A DNA stretch of 64,000 nucleotides, taken from a bacterium BMS3Bbin05. Its GTDB lineage: Bacteria > Nitrospirota > Thermodesulfovibrionia > Thermodesulfovibrionales > BMS3Bbin05. The stretch covers positions 39,220-103,219 of the forward strand of contig BDTO01000057.1 of NCBI GenBank assembly GCA_002897855.1, given 5' to 3'. Position numbers and translations under genes: made by a program. Shown piece after piece: positions 39,242 through 47,918 of this stretch. The notes under the pieces are model-generated. The model did no database searches. It saw only the letters and a list, made by a program, of their open reading frames with translations, and was not told the origin of the DNA. Each line of letters starts with the position of its first letter. Position 1 is the stretch's first letter.

Positions 39242-39836
39242 ATGGAAAGGGCACCAGCCGTAACGGCAATCATACTATGCATTGGGGTTATAAGCGTATC
39301 GTGCCGCAAGGCGCCGGATACAGGACAAAAGGTAAAGGCGATTCAGCCACAGACTCTCACAGACAAAAGAATAACAAACACGGAGACAGGCATGGAAAAA
39401 CCTGTTGTCAAACAGGCAGAAAAAGGACCATGATGACGGACGGCATGACGAACACCATAACTATAAATACGGTATCTCGATGGCTTCGTGCGACGTTGAC
39501 GGAGATGGGACGGACGAGATCGTAGTAGGTGAAGGCAGCGCACATAAGGACAGCGCATATGTTAGAATATTCCGCAGTGATGGAACAATGACAGGCGGGT
39601 TTGATGTTGACGGCAACTTCAGGTATGGAGTCAATGTCGGCTGCATTGCTTCCGGTGGTAATGGGATATCGGAGATAGTGACGGGCGAAGGGCCTCATCC
39701 GGAAAACAGACCGGTAGTGAGAATATTCAGATACGGTGAAAAGGTTGATGAGTTCAGGGTATTCGATAAAAAGTACGGATATGGTGTAAAGGTGACCGGC
39801 GGCGCGATGTCCCGGGATTATCCTGCCGACCCATAA
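39242..39836 (+). pseudogene. FG-GAP/VCBS-repeat lipoprotein split across two reading frames
   Basis: Frame A encodes a lipoprotein signal (MERAPAVTAIILCIGVISVSC) and stops at 39433. Frame B is open from 39375 and encodes DVDGDGTDEIVVGEG... repeats. The two frames overlap across two A5 runs. Confidence 0.45.
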
Positions 39837-39863
39837 AAAAGAGGGAGATATGGGAAGATAAAC

Positions 39864-40838
39864 ATGCTTACTTACAGGGATGCCCTGAGGGACGGATTCA
39901 GGCTGATCAACCGCATCTGGCAGCTGGTCGTGATGCAGTTAGTTGCAGTCATTGTATATGGTGTGAGCTTTTTTCTTATTGTAGTATTGCCGGTAGTTAT
40001 TGCAGCCCCGGCCATAGGGATAGATGCCGGCAAACTTGCGGGAATAGAGGGCATTGTCCGGAATCTCGGCGATTACCTGACTCAGTATTTCGGCCTGGTT
40101 CTCGCAGGGATTTTTTTGTTTATTGTGTATTTACTGGTCATATCCGTGATAGCCGTATTCATGTATGGCGCATCATCCGGATTGATTGCCTATTCAATAA
40201 GAAATCCTTCAGAACGTTTCTCATTAAAGCGGTTTTTCGGCGAGGGGATGAGACTGTTTTTCCCGATGTTGTGGTACCTGACCGTGGCGGGACTGTTATT
40301 AATGGCCGTTGCCGTTGTATCAGCCCTCATATTTGTCGCAGCCTCGGGATTTCTTGGTCATCTGAAGAACGCAGGAAACGCATTGTCGTATTTTATGGGT
40401 ATTTTTATTTTGCTCCTTTCGGTATCGGTCGTCATGCTTGTTGTGACATTTGCCTTCGCCGCCGTTATTTACGGGACGGCAATTCTGATTTTCAGGGGCA
40501 AAGGTGCGATTGCGTCCATCAGGGATGCGGTGGTGTATCTCTATAACAGGCAGTCTGCCTACTGGCTGTACTGTTTGCTTCTGGCCGGTCTGGTTGCCGT
40601 TATGACGGTTATGACATTGATGAGTATTTCCATCGGCAATATGGGGGCTACAGGTTATCTTTTATACATCCCTTATCAGCTTTTTACATATATTGTTCAG
40701 ACTTACCTCGGGTTGATTATTATAGCCGCTGTATTTGTATATTATTATTCAGATACGTTTAACGCCGCTCTGTCCATTCAGCAGAAAGATACTTCTTCTC
40801 AAGGAGATCCCGGGCAAGACGGGACTCCGCCTCAGTGA
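39864..40838 (+). CDS. Hypothetical polytopic membrane protein
   Basis: Six to seven hydrophobic helices are predicted and no domain is recognised. The tail overlaps the convergent lplA-like gene. Confidence 0.55.
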   Translation: MLTYRDALRDGFRLINRIWQLVVMQLVAVIVYGVSFFLIVVLPVVIAAPAIGIDAGKLAGIEGIVRNLGDYLTQYFGLVLAGIFLFIVYLLVISVIAVFMYGASSGLIAYSIRNPSERFSLKRFFGEGMRLFFPMLWYLTVAGLLLMAVAVVSALIFVAASGFLGHLKNAGNALSYFMGIFILLLSVSVVMLVVTFAFAAVIYGTAILIFRGKGAIASIRDAVVYLYNRQSAYWLYCLLLAGLVAVMTVMTLMSISIGNMGATGYLLYIPYQLFTYIVQTYLGLIIIAAVFVYYYSDTFNAALSIQQKDTSSQGDPGQDGTPPQ

Positions 40839-41535
40839 GTTTGCCACTGCCGAGTTTTTTGTTGAAGACTTTTTCGAATTCATTGACTATGGATATTTTT
40901 AATTGCCCGGTACCGATATCAGGATAGAGCCTTGAGAGACCTGCCGGAACATTCCCATCATCAAAAATTCCTTTGTATAATCGTTGATCCGTGAAGAAGG
41001 GGATATCTCCCTGCTGCAGGAAACCTTTTTTGAAACGTTTCTGCGCCGAGCCTATTATCTTCCGGCCTTTTATAGCAATTTCCCCAAACGAGACGGCGTC
41101 AAAACAGTGTGGATTACCGGCGAGTATGGTTCCTCTTTCACGCCTCTTTCTGACTGAGACATCCAGGCCAAGCTTCCTGAAGGCGTTTAAGAATGCGGCA
41201 GACAGTATCCGGTATGAATCGAGAAGAGACCCGAAATCTTTATGCCCTGTATCCCCGGCCGCAAAACTGTATGTAATCCCTGTGCAGTGAAGTATGGCCC
41301 TCCCCCCTGTCAGTCTCCTTACAAGCGGAACGGAATTTTCCCGGCAGAAGCCTGTATCGATATCCGCCAATCTCTGGAAGGCGCCGATGGTTACCGATGG
41401 ACGGTCCCAGGAATACATCCGCAGTGTCGGCGGGGATGAGCCGCTGATGACATTGAAAGCTATTGCTTCATCAACAGCCATGTTCACACCGGCAGCGGTT
41501 TTCCCCGATTTGATGTAACGCCATTTTTCAGTCAT
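40759..41535 (-). CDS. Lipoate-protein ligase / octanoyltransferase family protein (BPL_LplA_LipB domain)
   Basis: PPTLRMYSWDRPSVTIGAFQ...VRRLTGGRAILH...RKIIGSAQKR. Confidence 0.8.
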   Translation of the reverse strand: MTEKWRYIKSGKTAAGVNMAVDEAIAFNVISGSSPPTLRMYSWDRPSVTIGAFQRLADIDTGFCRENSVPLVRRLTGGRAILHCTGITYSFAAGDTGHKDFGSLLDSYRILSAAFLNAFRKLGLDVSVRKRRERGTILAGNPHCFDAVSFGEIAIKGRKIIGSAQKRFKKGFLQQGDIPFFTDQRLYKGIFDDGNVPAGLSRLYPDIGTGQLKISIVNEFEKVFNKKLGSGKLTEAESRLARDLLEKKYLSAEWTERR

Positions 41536-41546
41536 GATTAATATAG

Positions 41547-41680
41547 ATGGTTTCGTAAAAAGACCCTGATTGTCACCCTGAACTTGTTTCAGGGTCTCAT
41601 AAGTCGTTTATTTATATAGATTCTGAACCAGGTTCAGAATGACAGAATACAGTATTTCTGATTTTTTACGAGTGTATCAA
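41547..41680. repeat. Palindromic repeat element with TCGTAAAAAG / CTTTTTACGA-type ends and nested GTCA(C/T)CCTGAA hairpins
   Basis: The ends GATGGTTTCGTAAAAAGA and TCTGATTTTTTACGAGTGTATCAA are imperfect inverted repeats. The element is related to 56775-56931, and a further partial unit follows up to about 41790. Confidence 0.55.
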
Positions 41681-41902
41681 TATTAATGCAATCGTAAAAA
41701 GCCGTATTAAAGGTTCTTCAGTCATTCTGAGGGGCAATGCCCGAAGAGTCTCTCCGTAACCCTGCCCTCCCCTTACTAAGGAAAGAAGAAAGGCCCTGCT
41801 GTACACAGCAAAATACTGTATGTGATATTATATATTATTGAGGTCAGCGTTGTGATTCTGGAACAATTTCAGCCGGGGAAGGACTGGAGGAGGAAGGGCG
41901 CT

Positions 41903-42589
41903 ATGAAAAGGGTTATATTTGTAATTTGTTTTTTATTGTTCACATCACAAATATATGCAAAGGAGGTAAAAATGGTTGAGAACATTCACTGGCTTGGACA
42001 TGATACCTTCAGGATTGACGGCGAGAAGGTTATATATACTGATCCGTTCAAACTGAAAAAATCAGGCAGAGCCGATATCATACTTGTAACACATGAACAT
42101 TATGACCACTGTTCGCCTGAAGACATAGCAAAGATACAGAATGAAGATACCGTTATCGTTGCCACTCCCGACTGCGCCGGAAAGTTGCGCGGGACTGTAA
42201 AGACCGTGAAACCGGGTGATAAGCTGAGTGTTAAGGGAATAGAGATTGAGGCAGTTCCTTCTTATAATACAAACAAGCGATTTCATCCGAGAGATAAGGG
42301 GTGGGTCGGATATATATTCACGGTCAATGGGAAGAGAATATATCTGGCGGGGGATACCGATTATATACCCGAGATGAAGAATTTTAAGGATATCGATATC
42401 GCACTTTTGCCCGTATCAGGCACTTATGTGATGACCGCTGAAGAGGCAGTGAAGGCCGCACTCGCTATCAGGCCGAAAATAGCTGTTCCAATGCATTACG
42501 GCAGTATTGTTGGTGACAAATCCGATGCGGAGCGCTTTGCAGGAGCCCTGAAGGGACAGGTGGAGGTTGTAATACTCAAGGAGGAGTAG
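41903..42589 (+). CDS. Metallo-beta-lactamase-fold hydrolase with signal peptide
   Basis: ILVTHEHYDHC is the HxHxDH motif. The start is set at MKRVIFVICFLLF after GGAGGAGGAAGG. Confidence 0.8.
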   Translation: MKRVIFVICFLLFTSQIYAKEVKMVENIHWLGHDTFRIDGEKVIYTDPFKLKKSGRADIILVTHEHYDHCSPEDIAKIQNEDTVIVATPDCAGKLRGTVKTVKPGDKLSVKGIEIEAVPSYNTNKRFHPRDKGWVGYIFTVNGKRIYLAGDTDYIPEMKNFKDIDIALLPVSGTYVMTAEEAVKAALAIRPKIAVPMHYGSIVGDKSDAERFAGALKGQVEVVILKEE

Positions 42590-42601
42590 CTGAATTCACA
42601 A

Positions 42602-43414
42602 TTGAAAGATTCTCTGGCAGGCACCATATTCACGAAGATAATCTGCAGGGGCGAGGTCGGTTCCACGAATGACCTTGCCCTGTCGATGCTTGATAGCGGA
42701 GAGGATGGTGCAATAGCGGTATCGGCGGATTCGCAGAGTTCGGGGAGGGGAAGGCTGGGGAGATCGTGGTATTCTCCTCCTTCAGGAAATATCTATTTGA
42801 GCATTATGATGAGGCTTGATATTCCGCTTCGGGACGCATCTCTTTTTACATTGATTTCCGGTGTGGCTGCCTGCACAGGAATAAGAAAGAGTACAAGATG
42901 TGATGTGCATATTAAATGGCCGAATGACATAGTATTTAATGAAAAAAAACTCGGCGGTATATTAACAGAGACCAGGGTGGAGGGGGACCTTGTTACGGGG
43001 ATTGTAACGGGAATCGGAATAAATGTCAATATGCTCAAGGCGGAGTTCCCTGAGGAACTGCAGGGTATTGCCACTTCACTTTTAGCCGAGACAGGCGAGA
43101 GTTATGACAGGAGAGAAGCTGCTGTCGCCATCCTGAAGCAGTTCGATGTTTTGTTCAGAGATGTTTTTCCCCAATATCGGAATAATAAAATACGGGAGAT
43201 CGATCTGTCCGGGAAAGAGAAACTGGTGTATCTGTGGAAGAGTCTTGACATAACCCTTGGAAAAAGGATTAGTGTAAAGACGCCGAATGAAACGGTGAAC
43301 GGCATGGCGGTTGACATAGGTCCGGCAGGACAACTGCTGGTCATGTCCGACAGCGGTGAGAAAATATCCATACATGCAGGTGATGTTACGGTTTTAAATG
43401 GTTATAGCGCTTGA
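42602..43414 (+). CDS. birA: Biotin--[acetyl-CoA-carboxylase] ligase
   Basis: The GRGRLGRSWYSPPSGNIYLS signature is present. There is no N-terminal HTH, and the start is TTG. Confidence 0.9.
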   Translation: MKDSLAGTIFTKIICRGEVGSTNDLALSMLDSGEDGAIAVSADSQSSGRGRLGRSWYSPPSGNIYLSIMMRLDIPLRDASLFTLISGVAACTGIRKSTRCDVHIKWPNDIVFNEKKLGGILTETRVEGDLVTGIVTGIGINVNMLKAEFPEELQGIATSLLAETGESYDRREAAVAILKQFDVLFRDVFPQYRNNKIREIDLSGKEKLVYLWKSLDITLGKRISVKTPNETVNGMAVDIGPAGQLLVMSDSGEKISIHAGDVTVLNGYSA

Positions 43415-44138
43415 TATAGGCAATTCAAGGATAAAGTCAGGTGTCAGGAATGGCGATGATATTGTCATGACATCCACATTGACTCACCCTGTAAGGGATG
43501 CAGGTTCATATCTTGATGAGCTTGGTTTGTCATGTCCTGCAGATTCGGTCATAATCTCCTCCGTTGTGGAATGCCTTAATGGAACTTTCAGGGATTTTTC
43601 TCCCAATCCGGCTGCTTCAGGCGTAATCTTTGTTGATTACAGGTCCACAACCGGCATTACATTCAAGGTTAGCAATCCCGAACTTGTTGGTTCAGACAGG
43701 ATAGCAAATGCAGTGGGCGGGTACAGCGCCGTGAATGGGCCGGTTATTATTGTTGATATGGGGTCGGCCACCACTCTCACAGTTGTCGGCAAAGGTTGTG
43801 AGTTTCTTGGCGGATGTATAATGCCGGGGGTGAACATGATGGCGGCGTCTCTGCATGAAGAGACCTCGAAATTGCCGGTAATAGATTTCATTGTGCCGGA
43901 GCATGCAATAGGATCAAACACTGTGGAAAGCATCAGGGCAGGACTGAGCTTCGGAGTTGCCGGAGCGGTTGAAAGGATGATTGATGAAATACGCATGGAA
44001 ATAGGTTATACTATGAATGTAATCCTTACCGGAGGGCTCTGTGAAAGGTTCCAGGGGCTTGTCAGGGGTGTTGATATTATAGATCCTTTGATAACGATAA
44101 GGGGCTTGTTTGAGATCCATGATAAAGCCGTAATGTAA
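43398..44138 (+). CDS. coaX: Type III pantothenate kinase
   Basis: ALDIGNSRIK and the DMGSATT motif are present. The birA-coaX pairing is common. Confidence 0.9.
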   Translation: MVIALDIGNSRIKSGVRNGDDIVMTSTLTHPVRDAGSYLDELGLSCPADSVIISSVVECLNGTFRDFSPNPAASGVIFVDYRSTTGITFKVSNPELVGSDRIANAVGGYSAVNGPVIIVDMGSATTLTVVGKGCEFLGGCIMPGVNMMAASLHEETSKLPVIDFIVPEHAIGSNTVESIRAGLSFGVAGAVERMIDEIRMEIGYTMNVILTGGLCERFQGLVRGVDIIDPLITIRGLFEIHDKAVM

Positions 44139-44196
44139 TGGTTTCGGCAAGCCTGCAAGCTCAATGGCTCAGTAGCAGAGAAAGAAAAGGATTTTT

Positions 44197-44382
44197 AGCC
44201 GCAGATTTACACGGATTTAAAAAAGACTTAAAGGCATATTTGGCCACAGACGGACACAGACTAAAAGAAATAAAAGGCTATATTTATATTATGGTTTTAG
44301 AAAAATAAAAGTCATTAAAATCCGTGCTAATCTGCGGATATCTGCGGCTAATTGAAGTTTTTAGTCTGTGAGAGTCTGTGGC
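44197..44382. repeat. Interleaved inverted repeats (AGCCGCAGATTTACACGGATTT / CCACAGACGGACACAGAC modules)
   Basis: Module A (44197-44218) pairs with A' (44317-44350), and module B (44242-44266) pairs with B' (44358-44382). Related A-type modules recur at 44956-45028. Confidence 0.6.
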
Positions 44383-44463
44383 AAAAAGTTTTCTTTTTCC
44401 GTGGTTATGGTCATATTGTCCACGGAAATACTGGAAGAACCTTATATTTAAGGAGGAATGATA

Positions 44464-44904
44464 ATGGAGATTAAGACCGTTTTGTGTCCGACCGATTTTA
44501 TGGAGGGTTCGCAGGAGGCGGTAAAATATGCCGTTGACATAGCAAAAAAGTATGAAGCCAAACTAATCTTGCTCCATGTAATACATGACCTTAAAAAGGT
44601 AACAGGGTGGTATGTACCGCATATTACAATGGATGAACTTTACAAGGATATCGAATCAGGCGCAATGAAAGAACTCGATAAGATATTTGCCGAAGAGTTA
44701 AGGGGTTTTGACAATACGGAAAGGAAGATACTAAAGGGCATCCCATATGTGGAAATTATCAGGTTTGCAGAAGACAATAAAATTGATCTTATTGTCATGG
44801 GCACTCACGGAAGAAAAGGGTTGGACAGGATGATCTTCGGCAGTACGGCCGAGCATGTTGTAAAAAATGCCGGGTGCCCGGTGCTGACGGCCAGGATCAG
44901 ATAA
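44464..44904 (+). CDS. Universal stress protein (single USP domain)
   Basis: ILLHVI...DLIVMGTHGRKGLDRMIFGSTAEHVVKNAGCPVL. The second ATG was chosen because it lies 7 nt after AGGAGG. Confidence 0.9.
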   Translation: MEIKTVLCPTDFMEGSQEAVKYAVDIAKKYEAKLILLHVIHDLKKVTGWYVPHITMDELYKDIESGAMKELDKIFAEELRGFDNTERKILKGIPYVEIIRFAEDNKIDLIVMGTHGRKGLDRMIFGSTAEHVVKNAGCPVLTARIR

Positions 44905-45044
44905 GTTTGTCTGCGCAACATAATACGGTTACACAGAGAAAAAACCGGGTCATCCAGCCGCAGATTTACATGAAAATGAGCGGATAAAAAAATTGAAAGA
45001 GTCTGCGGAAATCTGTCTTAATCTGTAGCACATAGATAATTTTT

Positions 45045-46139
45045 ATGGATAAGTTTGATGTTGCTGTAATCGGCGGCGGACCTGCAGGCTCAACTGCGGC
45101 ACGCTATCTTGCGCTTGAGGGAGTAAATGTCCTGCTCGTTGAAAGAGACTCGGGGAGGATAAAACCGTGTGGCGGCGGCATACCGTCATCTGCATTCGAA
45201 GAGTTCGGGATCAGCGATAGTGCCGTTATCAAAAAGATAGACAAATTGCTGCTCGTTTCTCCTTCCGGCAGGAAAAATATCATGAATCTTTCCGGCGGGA
45301 TGATTAATATTGTAAGCAGACGATTGTTCGATGAGCAATTGAGAGAAATGGCCAGTCAAGCCGGTGCCGAATTGGTCAAGGGAGAATTCAGGAAAATAAG
45401 GGATACAGGGAAGGATTATGTCATTGGTATCCGTCAAAAAAACGGGACAAGCCTTGAAGTAAGAGCGGATTATGTGATTGGCTGTGACGGTGTTCATTCT
45501 ATGGTCAGACAGGCGATGGGACTTTCTCCGGTGAATTATGTTTATACATATTCTGAAATCATACGGGATGCTTCTGCGGATGCATGTGAATTCTGGTTCA
45601 GTGAATCACATGCCGAAAGGTCTTATTCATGGGTATTTCCAGGGGGTGAAGGCTGTCTGGTCGGGACCGGGCTGAGAAGTCGCAGTAAGGCCAGGGAATC
45701 CTTTGATGAATTCCTGAAACGCAGGGGGCTTAAATCCAATGGCGCCGGAAGAGGATATATGATACCTGAATGGAAAGATGGAGATTTGGTAAAGGGGCGG
45801 GTGCTGTTTGCAGGAGATGCCGCAGCCCATGTTATGCCCTTGAGTTATGAAGGTATTTATTACTCAATGAAGTCAGCACATCTGGCCTCGACCGCCATAA
45901 TTGAAGGGAACATATTACTCTATATCAAACTCTGGCATAAAAGGTTTAAATCCAGATTCAGGTTTATGAAGAGGCTTGAATCACATTTTATGCAAAATAA
46001 CAGAACCATGGAAAAAATGGTTAGCATACTGGCCAACCCCGCCATACAGAAGGCATTTCTAAAGCTGTGGCTAAAAAAAGATTCCGATAAAAATGCCCTG
46101 CTGAGTTACATAAGGTTTTTCGGGAAATACCTTAATTGA
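45045..46139 (+). CDS. Geranylgeranyl reductase family FAD-dependent oxidoreductase
   Basis: FDVAVIGGGPAGSTAA...IKPCGGGIP is the family signature. Confidence 0.85.
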   Translation: MDKFDVAVIGGGPAGSTAARYLALEGVNVLLVERDSGRIKPCGGGIPSSAFEEFGISDSAVIKKIDKLLLVSPSGRKNIMNLSGGMINIVSRRLFDEQLREMASQAGAELVKGEFRKIRDTGKDYVIGIRQKNGTSLEVRADYVIGCDGVHSMVRQAMGLSPVNYVYTYSEIIRDASADACEFWFSESHAERSYSWVFPGGEGCLVGTGLRSRSKARESFDEFLKRRGLKSNGAGRGYMIPEWKDGDLVKGRVLFAGDAAAHVMPLSYEGIYYSMKSAHLASTAIIEGNILLYIKLWHKRFKSRFRFMKRLESHFMQNNRTMEKMVSILANPAIQKAFLKLWLKKDSDKNALLSYIRFFGKYLN

Positions 46140-46930
46140 GTCTGAGAAATTTTTTCATAGCGTCCCTTTTTTTCCATGCCGTCCTTTTTATTATGGCCGT
46201 CAATATCCCTTATGTGCAAAACTACAGATTACCTGAAAATAATATAGTTGCGCGTCTGGTAAAACCGCAGGAGATCGCCCCACGAAAGAAAAACGAAATA
46301 ATTAAAGAGAAGCCGGCGCTTAAATCCCCTCCCGGGATTAATACCGTGGAGAAGCCGATAGTGTTGCCGCGGAGACTGCCGCCTGTTGAACATAAGAAAC
46401 CCCCAAAAACGATGGAGGGCAAGGGCGGAAAGAGATTGCCGGGTGGCGCTGAAAAAGGACAACTTAAGCACTATAGAGTTCCCTTGGAAGGAGAAGGACT
46501 TAAGCTGGCAGAGAAAAAAGCGATTGAGAGAGTAATAAAAGGCGGCGAGGATAAAACTCCGGAGGGAAGCGGCGGGAAAAATGGTGGAAGGAATGAAAGC
46601 GGGATTACTTTCAGCACCCGTGAGTATAAATATTACGGATACAAGATGAGGCTTAAGGAGAAGATAGAGGAAACCTGGAGATATCCGGCTGAAGCGGCGA
46701 GGAAGGGAATATATGCAGATCTTTACATAAGGTTTACTATCCTCAGGGATGGTAAACTCGGCGCTGTGGAACTGCTCAGGACATCGGGCTATAAGATGCT
46801 TGATGATGCTGCAATGAAAGCGGTTAAGGATGCATCTCCTTTCTGGCCCCTGCCCCCGGAATGGAAGGAAGATTCTTTTACTATAACAGGCCATTTCGTC
46901 TATTCTTTAAATAGTTATTATTTGAGATAG
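46136..46930 (+). CDS. TonB-family protein (N-terminal anchor, Pro/Lys-rich linker, TonB C-terminal domain)
   Basis: YPAEAARKGIYADLYIRFTILRDGKLGAVELLRTSGYKMLDDAAMKAV. The TTG start overlaps the upstream stop. Confidence 0.75.
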   Translation: MSLRNFFIASLFFHAVLFIMAVNIPYVQNYRLPENNIVARLVKPQEIAPRKKNEIIKEKPALKSPPGINTVEKPIVLPRRLPPVEHKKPPKTMEGKGGKRLPGGAEKGQLKHYRVPLEGEGLKLAEKKAIERVIKGGEDKTPEGSGGKNGGRNESGITFSTREYKYYGYKMRLKEKIEETWRYPAEAARKGIYADLYIRFTILRDGKLGAVELLRTSGYKMLDDAAMKAVKDASPFWPLPPEWKEDSFTITGHFVYSLNSYYLR

Positions 46931-47005
46931 ATCCAATATGCTTTTGTTTCAATTGCAGAGTCGTGTGAAAACGGGCTGTTGCACAAATATGAAAATGCCC
47001 TTACT

Positions 47006-47140
47006 GTCATTCTGAATCCCGAACTAAATTCGGGAAATCTGATAAGAATAATCAGGTACGAGACCCTGAAACAATATCCCGGGAGTTTTCGGGACACATG
47101 GTTCAGAGCCCGCCCTGAATTTATTTCAGAGGTGACAATT
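47006..47140. repeat. Partial copy of repeat family 2 (GTCATTCTGAA hairpin modules)
   Basis: It shares CTGAAACAATATCCCGGGAGTTTTCGGGACA-ATGGTTCAGAGCC-GCCCTGAAT with 59556-59630. Confidence 0.5.
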
Positions 47141-47167
47141 TATGGTTTGGGCAACAGCCCGAAAAAA

Positions 47168-47233
47168 CCGGATGTCTCGAAGGCTTTCGGGGCAAGACAA
47201 AAATAAAAAAATGGGAATTTATACACAGGCACT
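47168..47233 (+). mobile_element. MITE family 1, right-half fragment (copy G)
   Basis: It contains the second hairpin and a right TIR-like end (ATTTATACACAGGCACT). Confidence 0.6.
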
Positions 47234-47253
47234 AACTTAGTAGAGACGGCATC

Positions 47254-47469
47254 ATGAAACCGCGACTGTATCTGAGAATTGGGGATAAGGTGTCCCATAA
47301 CCGATACTCTCACTGGGGATTGGGTGAGGTCGTTGAGGAAAAACATTCCAACCTGGCAGGCGGACTTTGCATAGTAAAGATCGCATTTGAGGATGGCATG
47401 GAAAGATTATTCATAAACGATCTCGAAAATGATTGCTGCTGTTACTATAGCGGTCTCATATTGATTTAG
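47254..47469 (+). CDS. Small hypothetical protein (DUF3553-like)
   Basis: The GDKVSHNRYSHWGLGEVVEE motif is present. The family assignment is from memory and is weak. Confidence 0.4.
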   Translation: MKPRLYLRIGDKVSHNRYSHWGLGEVVEEKHSNLAGGLCIVKIAFEDGMERLFINDLENDCCCYYSGLILI

Positions 47470-47643
47470 CTGTTCTTGCCGTTGACCTGATGCTCTCTTT
47501 CTGTTGTCCTGAGCGGCCTGTCCGCCCTATTTCTGCTACTGGCCAGGAGTGAAGAGTCGCTACTTTGATGTCCTTCGTCGCCTCCGGCTCATCAGGGAAT
47601 AATATGGACACATGAAGTGATACAATGGTTCCCTCCCCCTTCA

Positions 47644-47717
47644 GGCCGTGTCACAATTGTCATCCCTGAAATAAATTCAGAATGTCATCATATCGTTTTC
47701 AGAATTGTGACACAGCC
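47644..47717. mobile_element. Repeat family 2, short unit with GGCYGTGTCACAATT terminal inverted repeats
   Basis: GGCCGTGTCACAATT ... AATTGTGACACAGCC. Confidence 0.65.
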
Positions 47718-47759
47718 TGCTTGAGGGGGAATCACCCTACCCTGCCCCCTCCCCTCAGA

Positions 47760-47886
47760 GGCTGTGTCACAATTGTCATCCTGAACTTGTTTCAGGATCT
47801 ATACAAAACGTAGCATATTGAAAATACGAGATTCTGAAATGAATTCAGAATGACATCATATGCGTTTTCGGAATTATGACACAGCC
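47760..47886. mobile_element. Repeat family 2, longer unit with GGCTGTGTCACAATT-type ends
   Basis: GGCTGTGTCACAATT ... GAATTATGACACAGCC. The interior is shared with 59463-59530 in inverted orientation. Confidence 0.65.
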
Positions 47887-47918
47887 TCCAAGGGGGGAAA
47901 CAGGGGGGTGGGGTATTT

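Noticed and set aside
39040-39525. 161-aa ORF spanning the helicase stop and the FG-GAP locus
   Set aside because: It is the third frame across the same region, basic and low-complexity, and overlaps the helicase C-terminus. The lipoprotein and FG-GAP frames explain the region better.
46136-46139. Overlap of the geranylgeranyl reductase stop with the TonB TTG start, as a hint of functional coupling
   Set aside because: Four-nt overlaps are common in compact operons. No ExbBD or TonB-dependent receptor is nearby to build a case, and the TTG start itself is uncertain.
46229-46894. Long antisense ORFs: 221 aa opposite TonB, and similarly 20069-20707, 37259-37960, 54874-55536, 61799-62482 and 32809-33351
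   Set aside because: Each lies entirely inside and opposite a gene with clear family motifs. Their translations are low-complexity (Ser/Pro/Arg-rich) with no motifs. Shadow ORFs of this kind are typical.
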